Both the position numbers and the translations under genes were made by a program. Below, piece by piece: positions 15,871-25,313 of a DNA stretch of 31,002 nucleotides (position 1 is the stretch's first letter; each line of letters begins with the position of its first letter). The DNA is from Planctomycetota bacterium (GTDB lineage Bacteria > Planctomycetota > GCA-002687715 > DRQF01), in assembly GCA_027001995.1 (NCBI GenBank), contig JALTLO010000188.1, positions 1 to 31,002 of the forward strand. Direction: 5' to 3'. The notes under the pieces are model-generated. The model was not told where the DNA came from. It was given only the letters and a program-made list of their open reading frames with translations, and ran no database searches.

Positions 15871-16044
15871 ACGATTTGTCTTGGCTTTTTTTTCAGCGGT
15901 TTGGTGGGCCAATATTTTTTCCAGACTTGGGAAGAATTCCCTTCGAGTTTTGCATTTCATCTGGCTCAATTTAGACTTGAGCTTTCTTGACCTTTCTTCG
16001 GCTTCCCCTGTACCATGAGACTTCCACTATGAAGGAGATTCTCT

Positions 16045-18891
16045 TTGCTTCGCCGTTTCACCAAGTCCGCTTTGTTTCTTTTCCCGATTTTCGTCTTTCA
16101 ACTTCTGGGGCCCTTGAACGCCCAGACAGAAGAGGAAATCGATAAATGGTACGCGCGGGCAGAGACCTTTGCCAGTCGTGGGCAATGGCGTAGGGCAGCG
16201 AATTTCTACACCAAGATCATCGCGGTCGAAGGCGATGATGAAGAAGCGTTGGAATCCTATGCTATAGCGCTTCTGGGTTGTGGCAGATATGACCAGCTTG
16301 ATGAACTCACAAAGGCGATGATCACAAAGCATGGCGGATCAAGGTTATGGTTGATGAAGCGGCTGGAGTTCTTAGAAGAAGTGGGGCGTAACGACGAGGC
16401 CCTCGCTACCCTCCAGGCTTATCGTTCAACGACTGCGAAATCAGACTACGAAATAGAAGCTCTGGTGGGGCGTATTCATTGGCGTCACGGTCGGGACAAG
16501 AAGGCCCAAGAGATCTTCGATGATTTGATTGATCGGGCCCGGAAAGAAGTCGTCCAAGGGGCACCTGACCTCTTTGGCCTGAGCATTGCTTATTCCTTTT
16601 ATCGTCATGGTGGCAATGCAGCGGAAGAGGCTTTGGTGAGCGCTCAGAAGGCTGACAAGAAGTTCCTCCAAGCCTACGATCTCTTGGGCGAAATCTATGG
16701 CACCTTGAAGGTGCGCCCCTCTGACATGAATCGCGAATACAAAGACGCCTTGGGGTTGCGCCCGCGCTGGCCCAAATTCTTGGCAGGTCAGATTCGTTCT
16801 TGCGACTTGCGCCTAGGGCAGGCTGAGGGCGAGAAACGCACCTTGATCAAGAGAATCCTCAGCATCAACCCGCGCTACCCAGAGGCTCTTTACTACAAAG
16901 CTATGCGTCAACTGTCAGATGCTAAGTGGAAGGATTCCGAATCAACATTCTTGGCCGCTCTTAAGACGAATCCCAATCACAAATTGGCATTGAGCGGTTA
17001 TGCCGCACTTAAATTTGTCACCCATGATTTAGAGGCTTGGAAGAAACTCGAAGCCCAAGTTCTGCAACTCGACCCCACCTATGGCATTCTCTATCGCATC
17101 GTTGCACAAGGACTTTCCGAGCGCCGGCGATGGGATGAATCTCAATCCATGATGAAGAAAGCCGTGGCGTTAGAGAAAGAAGACCCGAATCTTTGGGACG
17201 ATTTGGCCCGCTATTCTCTCTACATTGGTGACGAAGGTGTCGGCGTTGAGGCCCTCAAGAAAGCCTACGACTTGGCTCCTTACAACCGGGTGTGGCGCTC
17301 GAACATGTTGGACGTCATGAAACTCTTGGCCGAGAAGTACAGCACTCAGAAAACAAAGCACTTCATCATCAAGCTCCACCAAGACGACACGGCTTTGCTC
17401 AAGAATATTGTTCCTCAGTTTTTTGAACGATCATGGGATGAGTTCGTTGAACGCTATGGCTTCGAACCGCAAGTCCCTGTGTTGGTGGATGCGTTCAGAA
17501 GGCATGTTGATTTCTCCGTGCGCACCATGGGCACCTCTGGCCTTGGAGCCTTGGGAGTGAGCTTTGGTCCAACCATCATGATGTTCATTCCTCGCAAGAC
17601 CCAGCGCCCGGTGAACTGGGCTTCTACCGCCCACCATGAACTTGCCCACGTGTTCACCCTCCAAGCATCCAGAGGCCGGGTTCCCCGTTGGTTAACCGAA
17701 GGTCTCTCTACTTGGGAAGAGGTGAGAAGAAACCCCTCCTGGGGTCGCAACATGGAAATCCAGCTTCATGATGCTCTTCACAATCACAAAATCCTTCCCG
17801 TGCTCAGCTTCGACGCAGCTTTTTATGGGCCAAGAATTATTTTTGCCTACTACCAGGGAGGCTTGGCATCTCAGTTTATCGAAGAAACTTGGGGCATGGA
17901 TTCCATTCGAAAAATGCTCGCACTCTACGGCGATGACAAGCTCACCGACGAAGTTATTCCAGAAGCCTTAGGCATCTCTCCACAAGAATTCGACAAGCGC
18001 TTCATTCAATTTGTGGAAAACATGTTGGCACCTCTGCGGAGAATGCCTCGGTATGATGCTGATACCATGGCAGCCTGCCGTCGCGCGATCGCCGCAGACG
18101 AGGACGTAGACGAGAATAGAATCAAGTTGGCCTGGGGGCACTTCTCCGCCGGACAATTCATTGATGCTGATTCTGCTCTGAAGCCACTGCTCGACTCCAA
18201 TGTGGAAGACGATAGGATAACTCTCCTTTTGGCCCATCGCGCATGGCGGGGAAAACGCCGTGACGTGGCCAAGGGACTCTACGAAAAATTGATGAAAAAA
18301 GGTTTTGAGAACTATCTCATGACCGTGCGCATGGCCCGCATTCTTGAGGACGAGAAAAAAGACGGCGAAGCATTCAGGTTGTGGAAGAAAGCAAAAATTC
18401 AGAACCCCTGGAGTATTGATCCTAAGCAAAGTCCGTATATGGTGTTGGCCCAACGCTTTCGAGCGGAAGGCAAGCTCAAAGCTTGGGCAGAGAACCTCGA
18501 AGGGTTCTGCCGTTTGGCAGATAAAGCCATCCAACCACGGTTAGAACTCGTGACTTATTATTTGGCCGAAAATCGTAATCACGATGCCATCAATATGTTG
18601 AGGCAATGCCTTGACGTACAGACGTTCGATGTCAAGTTGCGCTTGAAGTTGTCCACAGTTCTTTTGAAAGAGGACAACACAGAAGAAGGAATGATGGAAC
18701 TCGAGAATGTTCTGTCACTCAAGCCAGACGCCAAGACCGAGTTTGAAACTCGAATGACGATGGCCCGATTACTTTTGAAGCTCGACAGGTTGGATGATGC
18801 ATCGTATCATCTGACTCGTGCCCTTGAGATCAAACCCGAGGACGCCGAGGCGAAGCGCCTGTTAGAGGAAGCCGAACGAGACGAGGATTAG
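16045..18891 (+). CDS. Secreted TPR-repeat protein with central peptidase MA-like (gluzincin) domain
   Basis: AAGGAG RBS, TTG start, signal peptide; multiple TPR-like repeats; HHELAH...PRWLTEGLS and a downstream AYY motif. Confidence 0.85.
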   Translation: MLRRFTKSALFLFPIFVFQLLGPLNAQTEEEIDKWYARAETFASRGQWRRAANFYTKIIAVEGDDEEALESYAIALLGCGRYDQLDELTKAMITKHGGSRLWLMKRLEFLEEVGRNDEALATLQAYRSTTAKSDYEIEALVGRIHWRHGRDKKAQEIFDDLIDRARKEVVQGAPDLFGLSIAYSFYRHGGNAAEEALVSAQKADKKFLQAYDLLGEIYGTLKVRPSDMNREYKDALGLRPRWPKFLAGQIRSCDLRLGQAEGEKRTLIKRILSINPRYPEALYYKAMRQLSDAKWKDSESTFLAALKTNPNHKLALSGYAALKFVTHDLEAWKKLEAQVLQLDPTYGILYRIVAQGLSERRRWDESQSMMKKAVALEKEDPNLWDDLARYSLYIGDEGVGVEALKKAYDLAPYNRVWRSNMLDVMKLLAEKYSTQKTKHFIIKLHQDDTALLKNIVPQFFERSWDEFVERYGFEPQVPVLVDAFRRHVDFSVRTMGTSGLGALGVSFGPTIMMFIPRKTQRPVNWASTAHHELAHVFTLQASRGRVPRWLTEGLSTWEEVRRNPSWGRNMEIQLHDALHNHKILPVLSFDAAFYGPRIIFAYYQGGLASQFIEETWGMDSIRKMLALYGDDKLTDEVIPEALGISPQEFDKRFIQFVENMLAPLRRMPRYDADTMAACRRAIAADEDVDENRIKLAWGHFSAGQFIDADSALKPLLDSNVEDDRITLLLAHRAWRGKRRDVAKGLYEKLMKKGFENYLMTVRMARILEDEKKDGEAFRLWKKAKIQNPWSIDPKQSPYMVLAQRFRAEGKLKAWAENLEGFCRLADKAIQPRLELVTYYLAENRNHDAINMLRQCLDVQTFDVKLRLKLSTVLLKEDNTEEGMMELENVLSLKPDAKTEFETRMTMARLLLKLDRLDDASYHLTRALEIKPEDAEAKRLLEEAERDED

Positions 18892-20271
18892 ATGGTTGAT
18901 TTGCTTGCCGAAAAGAGTTTCTCCCTCGTCTTAGACGACGTGCGTGAACAGATCGGCGAACAGCGTTTCTCTTTGTGGTTTGCAAACTGCAAGTTGGAGT
19001 CGATGTTTCGAGGCACCATGACAATCGGTGTCCCGAATGTTTTCTTTCAAGACTGGATCGCGAATCATTATGCAGCAAATATTCGTTTTGCTGTTGAGCG
19101 CGTCCTCGGCATTTCGATGCGCGTCGAGATTTCTGTCGACAGTGATCTGCATCAAGACTTAAAGCAGCGCATTCAAGACGACTCGCTTTCTGAGCTTTTG
19201 GCAGAAAGCGTTGAGCAGCGCATGAGTGATTCTCTGGATCACTTCGTGCGAGTGGGTGAAAACGAAACGGCCTACCGTGCTGTCCGTCACCTGGTCGACA
19301 ATGAAGCCTTTGGGTTTAACCCCCTCTACATTGTTGGCCCATCAGGTGTGGGCAAGAGTCACTTGGCTGCTGGCTTTCGTAAATTCAAGGGTGGACTAGA
19401 TCCAGACAATCCCCGTGTCTTGCAGATTGATGCTCTTAAATTCACTAAGAGTTTCACCTTGTCTCTCAAGACCAAACGCATGGCTGACTTTCGTGCCACC
19501 TTCGAAAATCTTGATGTGGTTGTGTTTGATGAAGTTCATCGTCTCAAAGGTAAGAAGGCCACTCAGCAAGAGTTCCTCCATTTGTTGCGTAAGCTCGTTC
19601 AGCAACGCGTGCAAGTGGTGATGGTGGCCCGTCACCATCCCCGAGAAATACATGACATCACAGCGGCGTTTAAGTCTAACTTGATGTCGGGCATGATGGT
19701 TTGCATTGAGTCTTACTCAACGGCGTCCTTATGCAAAATTGTGACGGCGAATTTGTCTCGAGCCAAATCGAACGGCGGAGTGAATGCTCTCCGCGACGTG
19801 GCCGGAAGCGATGTTGTGCGCAAGCTGTCAAAACACAGCCGAGGATCAGTGTATGAGTTGACCTCCCAATTGCAACGTGCCCATGTCTTGGCTTTCATGA
19901 AAGGCGAACGACTTTCTGGGGCTTTCGTCGACGCGAACCTGGAAGAATTTGGTGCTGATCCTAGCGTCAAGCGAGAGGTGCAGAACGTCTTCGATGCTGT
20001 TTGTGCTGATTTTGGCGTAAAGGCCCAAGAGTTGACGTCAAAGAAGAAGACCAAGTGTCTCGCACTTCCACGGGCTGTGGTTGCCTTGGCGCTTCGCAAG
20101 AACTTCGACATGACTTATAAGGAAGTGGGGCAGCACCTAGGTGGTCGGAGTCACACTTCGGTTTACATGATGATTAAAAAGCACAACGACATCTTAGAGA
20201 ATGATGCCGAAGTGGTCCGCACATTGAACCGCATCGCCAAGGCTGGGCCGGCGATTCATGATGATTTCTGA
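18892..20271 (+). CDS. dnaA: DnaA-family protein (divergent paralog)
   Basis: Domain I (FSLWF...VPNVFFQDWI), FNPLYIVGPSGVGKSHL Walker A, FDE Walker B, domain IV GGRSHTSV; several AAA+ residues substituted. Confidence 0.85.
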   Translation: MVDLLAEKSFSLVLDDVREQIGEQRFSLWFANCKLESMFRGTMTIGVPNVFFQDWIANHYAANIRFAVERVLGISMRVEISVDSDLHQDLKQRIQDDSLSELLAESVEQRMSDSLDHFVRVGENETAYRAVRHLVDNEAFGFNPLYIVGPSGVGKSHLAAGFRKFKGGLDPDNPRVLQIDALKFTKSFTLSLKTKRMADFRATFENLDVVVFDEVHRLKGKKATQQEFLHLLRKLVQQRVQVVMVARHHPREIHDITAAFKSNLMSGMMVCIESYSTASLCKIVTANLSRAKSNGGVNALRDVAGSDVVRKLSKHSRGSVYELTSQLQRAHVLAFMKGERLSGAFVDANLEEFGADPSVKREVQNVFDAVCADFGVKAQELTSKKKTKCLALPRAVVALALRKNFDMTYKEVGQHLGGRSHTSVYMMIKKHNDILENDAEVVRTLNRIAKAGPAIHDDF

Positions 20272-21281
20272 TGGCGGTCTTCGACGACATCATCGGCCAT
20301 GAGAATCCTAAGGCTTTCTTTTCGGGCATCCAGGCCACTCAACGCATAGCTAGTGGTTTTCAATTGCACGGTGATTCTGGCCGCGGCAAGCTCTTGTTTG
20401 CGCAAGCATTCGTACAAAGGCTTTTCTGCGCCGATGGCACGGGCTGTGGTCAATGTCCAGCTTGTATTCGTTATCGAGCGGGGAGTCATGGTGACATCGA
20501 AATTGTGCACCTGGTTGATGGAAAGACGCGAATCTCCATCGAACAGTTGCGTAACTTACGTGAGTGGTTTCATCGAGCTCCCTACGAAGCCGATCGTCGT
20601 TGCGCCATCATCAATGATGCGCATTTGATGACAGAAGAGGCCCAAAATTCACTCCTCAAGTTGTTGGAAGAACCTCCAGCTCATGGAATTCTGATTTTAG
20701 TTACTGAGAATCCTCAAGGGCTCTTGGATACCATACATTCGAGGCTTCAAGCGGTTTACTTTGGCCCCTTGACCGAAGCAGACGTAGCCAAGATTGTTCG
20801 TGGCCAAGTTGAGGCGAGTGAGGAAGAGATTCGAAGAGCAGCTTCTTTGGCCAATGGCAGTCCAGGGCAGGCATTGAACCTTGTGGGCGATGAAACCAGT
20901 GCCATGATCCAAGAGGCCGCCGAGCGCCTCTTTGACCTGAAGACCCTTCCATTTGGTTATTCAGAAATGGTGAGTGGGGGCAGAACGACGGGGGCCGATG
21001 CCCGGGCGAAGGTGAACCGAATACTTGAGGTCGCTATGAATTTGGTGTCTCAGCAAATTGAAGTCACCGTGAATGATGACGGTAGAAAGCCTCCTATTCC
21101 TGCTTTGGCACCATGGCCAGTAGAAGTCTTAGGAGAGGCTCAAGAGCTCCTGATGGACGCTGTGGGTGCAATTAGAAGTAATACTTCTCCAAGAAGCGTT
21201 GTTGAATCGTTAAAGATTCGGATGCATCGCATTATCGGTCGCGCCCGCCGAGCCCAAAAGAGTGTCGGTGGTGGGCGTTAG
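20271..21281 (+). CDS. holB: DNA polymerase III subunit delta'
   Basis: IIGHE, degenerate P-loop GDSGRGK, Zn module C..CGQCPAC, AQNSLLKLLEEPP, TIHSR. Confidence 0.9.
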   Translation: MAVFDDIIGHENPKAFFSGIQATQRIASGFQLHGDSGRGKLLFAQAFVQRLFCADGTGCGQCPACIRYRAGSHGDIEIVHLVDGKTRISIEQLRNLREWFHRAPYEADRRCAIINDAHLMTEEAQNSLLKLLEEPPAHGILILVTENPQGLLDTIHSRLQAVYFGPLTEADVAKIVRGQVEASEEEIRRAASLANGSPGQALNLVGDETSAMIQEAAERLFDLKTLPFGYSEMVSGGRTTGADARAKVNRILEVAMNLVSQQIEVTVNDDGRKPPIPALAPWPVEVLGEAQELLMDAVGAIRSNTSPRSVVESLKIRMHRIIGRARRAQKSVGGGR

Positions 21282-21303
21282 GCTGAAGGCTGGAGATTAG
21301 ATC

Positions 21304-21678
21304 ATGGGGCCAGACAACAACGAACTTTTCTTGCAAATGGCAAGTGAAGACAAGCGCTATCGACGTGAGGCCTTCGCTTTCACCTTAGAGGCGTTTAATT
21401 TCACTATGGAGCAACGCCGGCAGCAAGGATTTCAAGGCCACATTGATGGTGGCGAGCTTTGCCATGGCATTCGGGAATACGCCGAAAAGTGCTTTGGCTT
21501 CTTGACCAAGACGGTTTTTTCTCAATGGGGTGTTACTCGCACCGAGGATTTTGGGGAAATCGTTTTTATCATGATCCGCAATGGCCTGATGAAGAAGCAA
21601 GAATCAGACCTCATTGAAGATTTTCGCGACGCCTACAAATTTGATGATGTCTTTGAACAGTCTTATCTCTCCGATTGA
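21304..21678 (+). CDS. Verrucomicrobia/Planctomycetes-restricted conserved protein (Minf_1886/TIGR04138-like)
   Basis: DKRYRREAFAF...HIDGGELC.GIREYA..FG...V..WGV..TEDFGEIVF...D..EDF pattern. Confidence 0.85.
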   Translation: MGPDNNELFLQMASEDKRYRREAFAFTLEAFNFTMEQRRQQGFQGHIDGGELCHGIREYAEKCFGFLTKTVFSQWGVTRTEDFGEIVFIMIRNGLMKKQESDLIEDFRDAYKFDDVFEQSYLSD

Positions 21679-21701
21679 CTGAAATCTTGGGTTAGATGAC
21701 A

Positions 21702-21736
21702 AGAAAAGGGGGGAAGACAGTCATGTCTTCCCCCTT
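21702..21736 (-). terminator. Intrinsic terminator between convergent genes
   Basis: GGGGGAAGACA-GTCA-TGTCTTCCCCC 11-bp stem (21709-21734); T-rich tail on the minus strand. Confidence 0.8.
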
Positions 21737-21762
21737 CAGCAATGGCTGAGATATTTCTGCTG

Positions 21763-24243
21763 TTACTTCTTGGAGATCTCGTCTTCGTCCTCTTCCTTGA
21801 CCGGTTGAGGGATCTTGTCCGCGAAACTCCCGTACTCTTTGAACTCAGATACCTTTTGTTTCCTTTGAGCCAGTGACTCGTAGATCGCTCGCTGAAGTTG
21901 AAGGTCTTCTTGGTAGTCATTGATCATGGGGCGACCATCGTAGTTAGCCCAAGCACGGCGTAGGCGCAAACGAAGATAGATGCGAACATCGTCTTTCGTC
22001 AGTGGCGTGTTTAACGACTTGTGAAGTTCTTCGAAGCCAGGATATTGTTTCCAGTCCCGGTTGTCGGTCACAACCAAACGGTCGAATAGTTTCTGATTCG
22101 GAACAATGTGTTCGTCAATGTACTGTTCCAACTTTTTGGTCTCGAGGATCTTTGAGATCTCTTCGATCTTCCAACCGGAGAGACGGTCATTTTTGATGAC
22201 GACATCGGGGAGGACGCCGCCCTTTTTCTTGACCGAACCATCCTTTTTGCGTTCCGTGTTGATGGACTCCCCGGATGGCAAGTAGTAGCGAGCGATGGTG
22301 AGCTTCATCTTAGGGGCGAAGTCGTATCGTCCGTTTTCGTTACGGTCGAAGTAACGCTCTTCGTCGTCCCACTGGCCGTTCTTGTTGGTGTCGACATAGT
22401 CTTCACCTGGAGTGAACTTGCCGTCTTTATTGCTGTCGGTGTACTTTTCAGCTTCGTCCCATTTTTCGTTCTTGCGAGGGGTGTCGTAGAAGACCTCGCC
22501 CGGATCATAACGGTTGTTCTTGTTGGCATCTTCAAAGCGTTCGCCTCGATCGTAGATGCCGTTCTTACGACGCTCATCATTGAAGCGCTCGTCGGAAACG
22601 GAATCCAAGGGGAGAACCCTTTGAACGGTTCCTTTGCCGAAGGTGCGCTCACCAACCAGTCTTGCCCGGCCATGGTCGCGCATGGCACCGCTCACGATTT
22701 CGCTGGCACTGGCTGAGAGGCCGTTGACCAAGACCACCAATGGCAGGTCTCTCTGATTGTCATCGGGAACACTACGCTCGTAGCGTCGGTCGATAACGCC
22801 TTTACGGCCTTCCCAATAGCAGACGACTTTCTTGCCTTTGAGGAATTTGCCAGCCAAGGCCCGGGCGGTGTGGAGATAACCACCACCGTTGTTGCGCAGA
22901 TCGAGAAGTAAAGACTTCATGCCCTTTCCTTCTAAGTCGACCAAGGCGTCTTCCATTTCGGTTGCGGTTCTGGATCCGAAAGTCAGGACACGGACGAAAC
23001 CGATGTCTCCAGGCAGCATGCCATAGACAACAGTGGGAATACGAATGGTTGCTCGGACGATCTCGAAGGTCCGTGTTTTTTCCCAACCCTTACGATAGAT
23101 CTCAATCTTGACCACTGTTCCCGCCGGTCCTTTGAGTCGACTGGTGATTTGTTCGACTTCCTTGCCCCGGGCTTCCCAGCCGTCGATCTTGATAACTTTG
23201 TCGCCGGGTTCGATTTGAGCCTTGTAAGCCGGGCCACCAAACATGGGTTGGGTGAGGATGAGGCGTTTGTCCTTGTCATCCAGTTGGACGTAGGAACCAA
23301 TCCCAGAATAGGTGGGATTCAAATCGTAATTCCACGCTTTGAGTTGATCACCGGTCAATAGAGTCGAGTGGGGGTCCATGGAGCGCAGCATGCCCCGAGC
23401 TGCAGCTTCGTTTAGGTGGCTTTCTAACTCTTTCGCTTTCCAGTGCTGCAAGTCAACTTCAGCGTGGATGGCCTTGATTTTCATTTTGACTTCGTCAATT
23501 AAGCTGTCGTTTCTCGCATTGTCGATGCTCCCAGCTCGACTGTTTGATTTGATGGCTTGAAACTCCAAGAAACGCATTTGCTTGTAGATGCGGGCCAAGC
23601 GTCCTTGTTCCGTGGGTTCGTCTTCAATCTTGTTGAGGAAGGGAAGGGCTGTTTCGTAGTCGCCAATGTCGGCTAAAGCCAAAGCCGCGGTGTTCACAAT
23701 CTTGGGAGAACTGGAATTCAGCGCTTTCTTGAGTTCTGCCTGGGCCCGGGTCTTGTAGGTGGCGGAAAGGTTCCAAACACCTCTCAACAAGTGGATGCGT
23801 GTTTCAGGGTCGAAAATGGTGGCCCTGAGGTCCCATAATTCGCTGGCTGCTTCGGAGATTCCTGCCTGATCGAAGAGATCAATGACGCTTCTCTTGACTT
23901 GCTCGCTGCTCGACTTCTTCACCAAGTCGAGAAGAATCCTTTGGGCATCTTCTTCTTCTCCTTGGAGCAAAAGGGCCCGAGCGCAGCCCAAGCGCACATT
24001 TTCGTTGGGAGAATTAAGTCCTGCTTCGAGGAGTTCCAGAGCATCTTCGCCCAGGTCAATCAGCTTGGTCGATTTTGACCAGATTGCCGGAATGTCGGCC
24101 TTGGCCAGTTCGGTGACCAAAGCTTCAGCCTTCTCTTCTTGAGCCACACTGGGCAGAGCCAGGCAGGCAAACATGAGGGAGAAGGTTGAAAGAGTGAGGA
24201 AGAAACTTGGGATTCGGTCGAAGGTTAATACGAGATTCCGCAT
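21763..24243 (-). CDS. S41 C-terminal processing protease (CtpA/Prc-like) with N-terminal HEAT repeats, PDZ and repeat insert (826 aa)
   Basis: AAGGAG RBS + ATG 24243; DPHS, GIG PDZ, LDLRNNGGG, SASASE (Ser), TFGKG (Lys), LTIARYYLPSG. Confidence 0.9.
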   Translation of the reverse strand: MRNLVLTFDRIPSFFLTLSTFSLMFACLALPSVAQEEKAEALVTELAKADIPAIWSKSTKLIDLGEDALELLEAGLNSPNENVRLGCARALLLQGEEEDAQRILLDLVKKSSSEQVKRSVIDLFDQAGISEAASELWDLRATIFDPETRIHLLRGVWNLSATYKTRAQAELKKALNSSSPKIVNTAALALADIGDYETALPFLNKIEDEPTEQGRLARIYKQMRFLEFQAIKSNSRAGSIDNARNDSLIDEVKMKIKAIHAEVDLQHWKAKELESHLNEAAARGMLRSMDPHSTLLTGDQLKAWNYDLNPTYSGIGSYVQLDDKDKRLILTQPMFGGPAYKAQIEPGDKVIKIDGWEARGKEVEQITSRLKGPAGTVVKIEIYRKGWEKTRTFEIVRATIRIPTVVYGMLPGDIGFVRVLTFGSRTATEMEDALVDLEGKGMKSLLLDLRNNGGGYLHTARALAGKFLKGKKVVCYWEGRKGVIDRRYERSVPDDNQRDLPLVVLVNGLSASASEIVSGAMRDHGRARLVGERTFGKGTVQRVLPLDSVSDERFNDERRKNGIYDRGERFEDANKNNRYDPGEVFYDTPRKNEKWDEAEKYTDSNKDGKFTPGEDYVDTNKNGQWDDEERYFDRNENGRYDFAPKMKLTIARYYLPSGESINTERKKDGSVKKKGGVLPDVVIKNDRLSGWKIEEISKILETKKLEQYIDEHIVPNQKLFDRLVVTDNRDWKQYPGFEELHKSLNTPLTKDDVRIYLRLRLRRAWANYDGRPMINDYQEDLQLQRAIYESLAQRKQKVSEFKEYGSFADKIPQPVKEEDEDEISKK
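22321..22593 (-). repeat. Six tandem 15-16 aa E-x-[FY]-x-D-x-N-x-NG-x-[YWF]-D repeats within the S41 protease
   Basis: ERFNDERRKNGIYDRG / ERFEDANKNNRYDPG / EVFYDTPRKNEKWDEA / EKYTDSNKDGKFTPG / EDYVDTNKNGQWDDE / ERYFDRNENGRYD. Confidence 0.85.
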
Positions 24244-24591
24244 CGGAACTCCTTGAGACGATTGATGTTGCGTTCCTCCAAACTTAATTGGAGCAGCCCT
24301 TTTCGGCAAGTGATTGCCACTTAGAAAGGACAATCTCCCACATTCTATTACGGTTGTTGGAACACTGCAGGTGAACTGATTTATCCAAAGAATTTGTTTC
24401 AATGAATTTCCATGGGCTTCTTGACCAAGAGATCGATCAAATTTCCCACAATCTATACGCCTGAGAAGGAGAAATCCTCCATCATTCGATTCCGCCAATC
24501 CGCGGGGAAGAACCACATAGCCATCTATCCCGGGTTCGGGGAATGGGGCGGGTCTGAGGCTTGGGCGGCTGCTTTGGGAGTCGTCAGATTG

Positions 24592-25167
24592 TTAGGATCC
24601 TGCTGTTAGTTCCTCATTGCGCTGCAAAAGAGCGGCAACGGCGAAGTGATTTTCTGCCGAAGGTTCTTCTCGTTGCAGAATCTCGAAACCGGGAAATAGC
24701 GTGTCGATTTCACCCGGTGCCAGACGAAAATGGGGGCGGGGTTTATCTTCTTCTGGTTCCTGATGGACACGGAATTCCACCGCCAGAAGACCTCCTGGCC
24801 CCACGGATTCCGCCAAGGAAGCTAACTTTTCTCGATTGAGATAGTGCACCATGATGACCAAATCGAAGGCTGCGGGAAGAGGTGTCCAAGTGTCTACGTC
24901 GGTGATTAAGAACTGAAGAGACTCTGGCCATGGGCTGGCTTTGTTGAATGCTTCTTGGGCAATATCGACGGCCAAGACTTCGTGACCCGATTCCGCCAAT
25001 TCCCGGCTATTTCGCAAGACTCCCGCACCCAGGTCCAAAACTCGAGCACAATCATTCAATTTCTTAGCGGCCCAATCGACGCTGTGAGACCGTTGTCCTT
25101 CAAAATGGGAGTGAGAACGTCCTTCGGTGTAGGCTTGGTTCCAGTGTTCTTTTTCTGCATGGCTCAT
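24592..25167 (-). CDS. Class I SAM-dependent methyltransferase (TehB-like)
   Basis: VLDLGAG..RNS, VLAVDI, FDLV, PGG motifs. Confidence 0.85.
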   Translation of the reverse strand: MSHAEKEHWNQAYTEGRSHSHFEGQRSHSVDWAAKKLNDCARVLDLGAGVLRNSRELAESGHEVLAVDIAQEAFNKASPWPESLQFLITDVDTWTPLPAAFDLVIMVHYLNREKLASLAESVGPGGLLAVEFRVHQEPEEDKPRPHFRLAPGEIDTLFPGFEILQREEPSAENHFAVAALLQRNEELTAGS

Positions 25168-25313
25168 AGTGAAAATCGATCTGGTAGCACGGAATTTGAA
25201 ACCGCTGGCTAAGATTGTGCGAAAACCACAAAGTTGTGGGGCACACCTACTTGGGGAGGCCGCTTCAAACGAAGTTCACTTGAAGGCTGGGACACAGTAC
25301 CGTAAAGAAGACC

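Noticed and set aside
24244..24516. 91-aa N-terminal extension of the S41 ORF
   Set aside because: AAGGAG RBS and a signal-peptide-like sequence support ATG 24243.
24244..24591. oriC candidate (TTATCCAAA near 24381; also TTGTCCACA on the minus strand near 9620)
   Set aside because: Isolated one-mismatch DnaA boxes, no cluster or clear unwinding element.
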